Source: Eledone cirrhosa (taxonomy: Eukaryota). Taken from it: a DNA stretch of 64,000 nt. The translations under genes were made by a program, and so were the position numbers. A model generated the notes under the pieces. The model did not search any database and was not told the origin of the DNA. It saw only the letters and a program-made list of their open reading frames with translations. Positions 62,719 through 64,000 of the stretch are shown here, piece after piece. How positions within the stretch are numbered: position 1 is the stretch's first letter; the number at the start of each line of letters is the position of its first letter. The DNA is taken from contig OZ024743.1 in NCBI GenBank assembly GCA_964016885.1, positions 35,154,001 through 35,218,000 on the forward strand. Direction: 5' to 3'.

Positions 62719-64000
62719 GTATAGTATTCGACCCCAGTTCTTTTTTATTCATGCCTGCTACTTATTTTATTAGTGTCCTTTTTGTTGAACTACTAAGTTA
62801 CAAGACATAAACAAACAGTAAACATAAACACAGGCACTGACCTACACCTACATACACTAGCAAGTGAGGAGCCTCTATGAGGTTGCTTGGCAAACTGACC
62901 TTCAAATCACACCCTACCATCTTAAAATGAATGTTGCGCAAAATGGGGAAGGACATTGAATAATGTAGTCTTGAATATCTCTAAAATATATACTGGAATC
63001 AAGGCTGACCTTGTGTCGAACAACAACAAACTTTACACTAGCCAACAAGCTTTATACTAGCTAACATCATGTGTACATCCTATACCACATAGCTAACTTT
63101 GCTTAGACATCTCTCAACCCTTCACTTAATTCTCACCTTCATACCACAAGCCTGCAACACCTGTATCTGAAGCAATATTTGATATCAATATATCTATATA
63201 CCTTCTCAGAATATTTAAGGAAATCCTCCATCAACACCAGAAACATTGAACAACTAATCATTTTATCAGAGATTATTCACAATTCTTATCCTCAATAGCA
63301 TCTATCCTTAATTCTGTTTAATCTTTCATATCCTGTGATATATAATATTTTTTACTGAAATTCTAGAATATTCTATTTTCGGTTCCTTGTAGAACTGCCA
63401 TTCTTTTTCATCTGTGGGTGAATTAGATCAAATTTTAATGTCTCCCCCACTCGATCTCAACAACTCACTTAATATATCTATCAGTATATTTGTCTCTCTC
63501 CTTCTCTACTCTGTGTATATGTAAATATGAATGTATGTATTATATACCCATGTATGTTTGTATGTATGTTCTTCTGGTTTTAGAATTTCACAAATGTTTG
63601 CCAATAGAGAGTCGGTTTCTAACATAGTTACAAGACTCTCTCATTGGAATTTACACAACATCAACTAGGTAGATTATGTATGCATGCCTGCATGCCTGCA
63701 TGTGTAGATATGGATGTTATTGTATGTGTCGATGTGGATGTTTTGAGTTGTATGTGTGCATGTGTATATGGTTTGTATCTGTACATGTGTATATGCAGTT
63801 ATTAGATGCAAACATTTTTGAATGTTTTACATATTTTTACTGTTCCATTAATGGATTGTACTTGTAATTTCCTAACTAGTTGTGTTATGTATGTATGTAT
63901 GTATGTATGTATGTATGTATGTATCCGGGAGAGATGACCCCTTAGCCTTTGTCTCGGGAGAGATGACCCCTTAGCCTTTGTCAAGGCAGAATTCTAGGAG

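Overview
AT-rich, repeat-saturated eukaryotic DNA with no confidently identifiable host gene. The mix of (TA)n/(CA)n/(CAT)n microsatellites, Nin-type and CORE/Meta-type tRNA-derived SINEs, RTE 3' tails ending in (GAT)n, CR1, Penelope, L1/Tx1, R4/Dong and CRE fragments suggests intronic or intergenic DNA from an octopod cephalopod (inference). Most ORFs in the track are microsatellite artefacts. Real coding remnants: a CR1 LINE with an open 921-aa ORF2 (24022-26787) plus the end of ORF1; a 5'-truncated Penelope element (RT + GIY-YIG); and fragments of RTE, Tx1, Dong/R4 and CRE. Non-coding structure includes several MITE families, kilobase trinucleotide arrays and a 3.1-kb satellite with a ~50-bp unit. 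Most interesting: (1) a cluster of short, often foldback, hammerhead-ribozyme-bearing Penelope-type elements in (TA)n tracts around the Penelope copy, one with a variant core and a greatly extended stem II; (2) a G_GGA_AAC slippery heptamer joining CR1 ORF1 to an AUG-less ORF2 in the -1 frame; (3) a MITE family with 6-bp target duplications; (4) Tx1 3' ends abutting SINE tails; (5) an internally deleted Dong/R4 element. All family assignments come from motif recognition by eye, without database searches. Boundaries of degenerate repeats are approximate.
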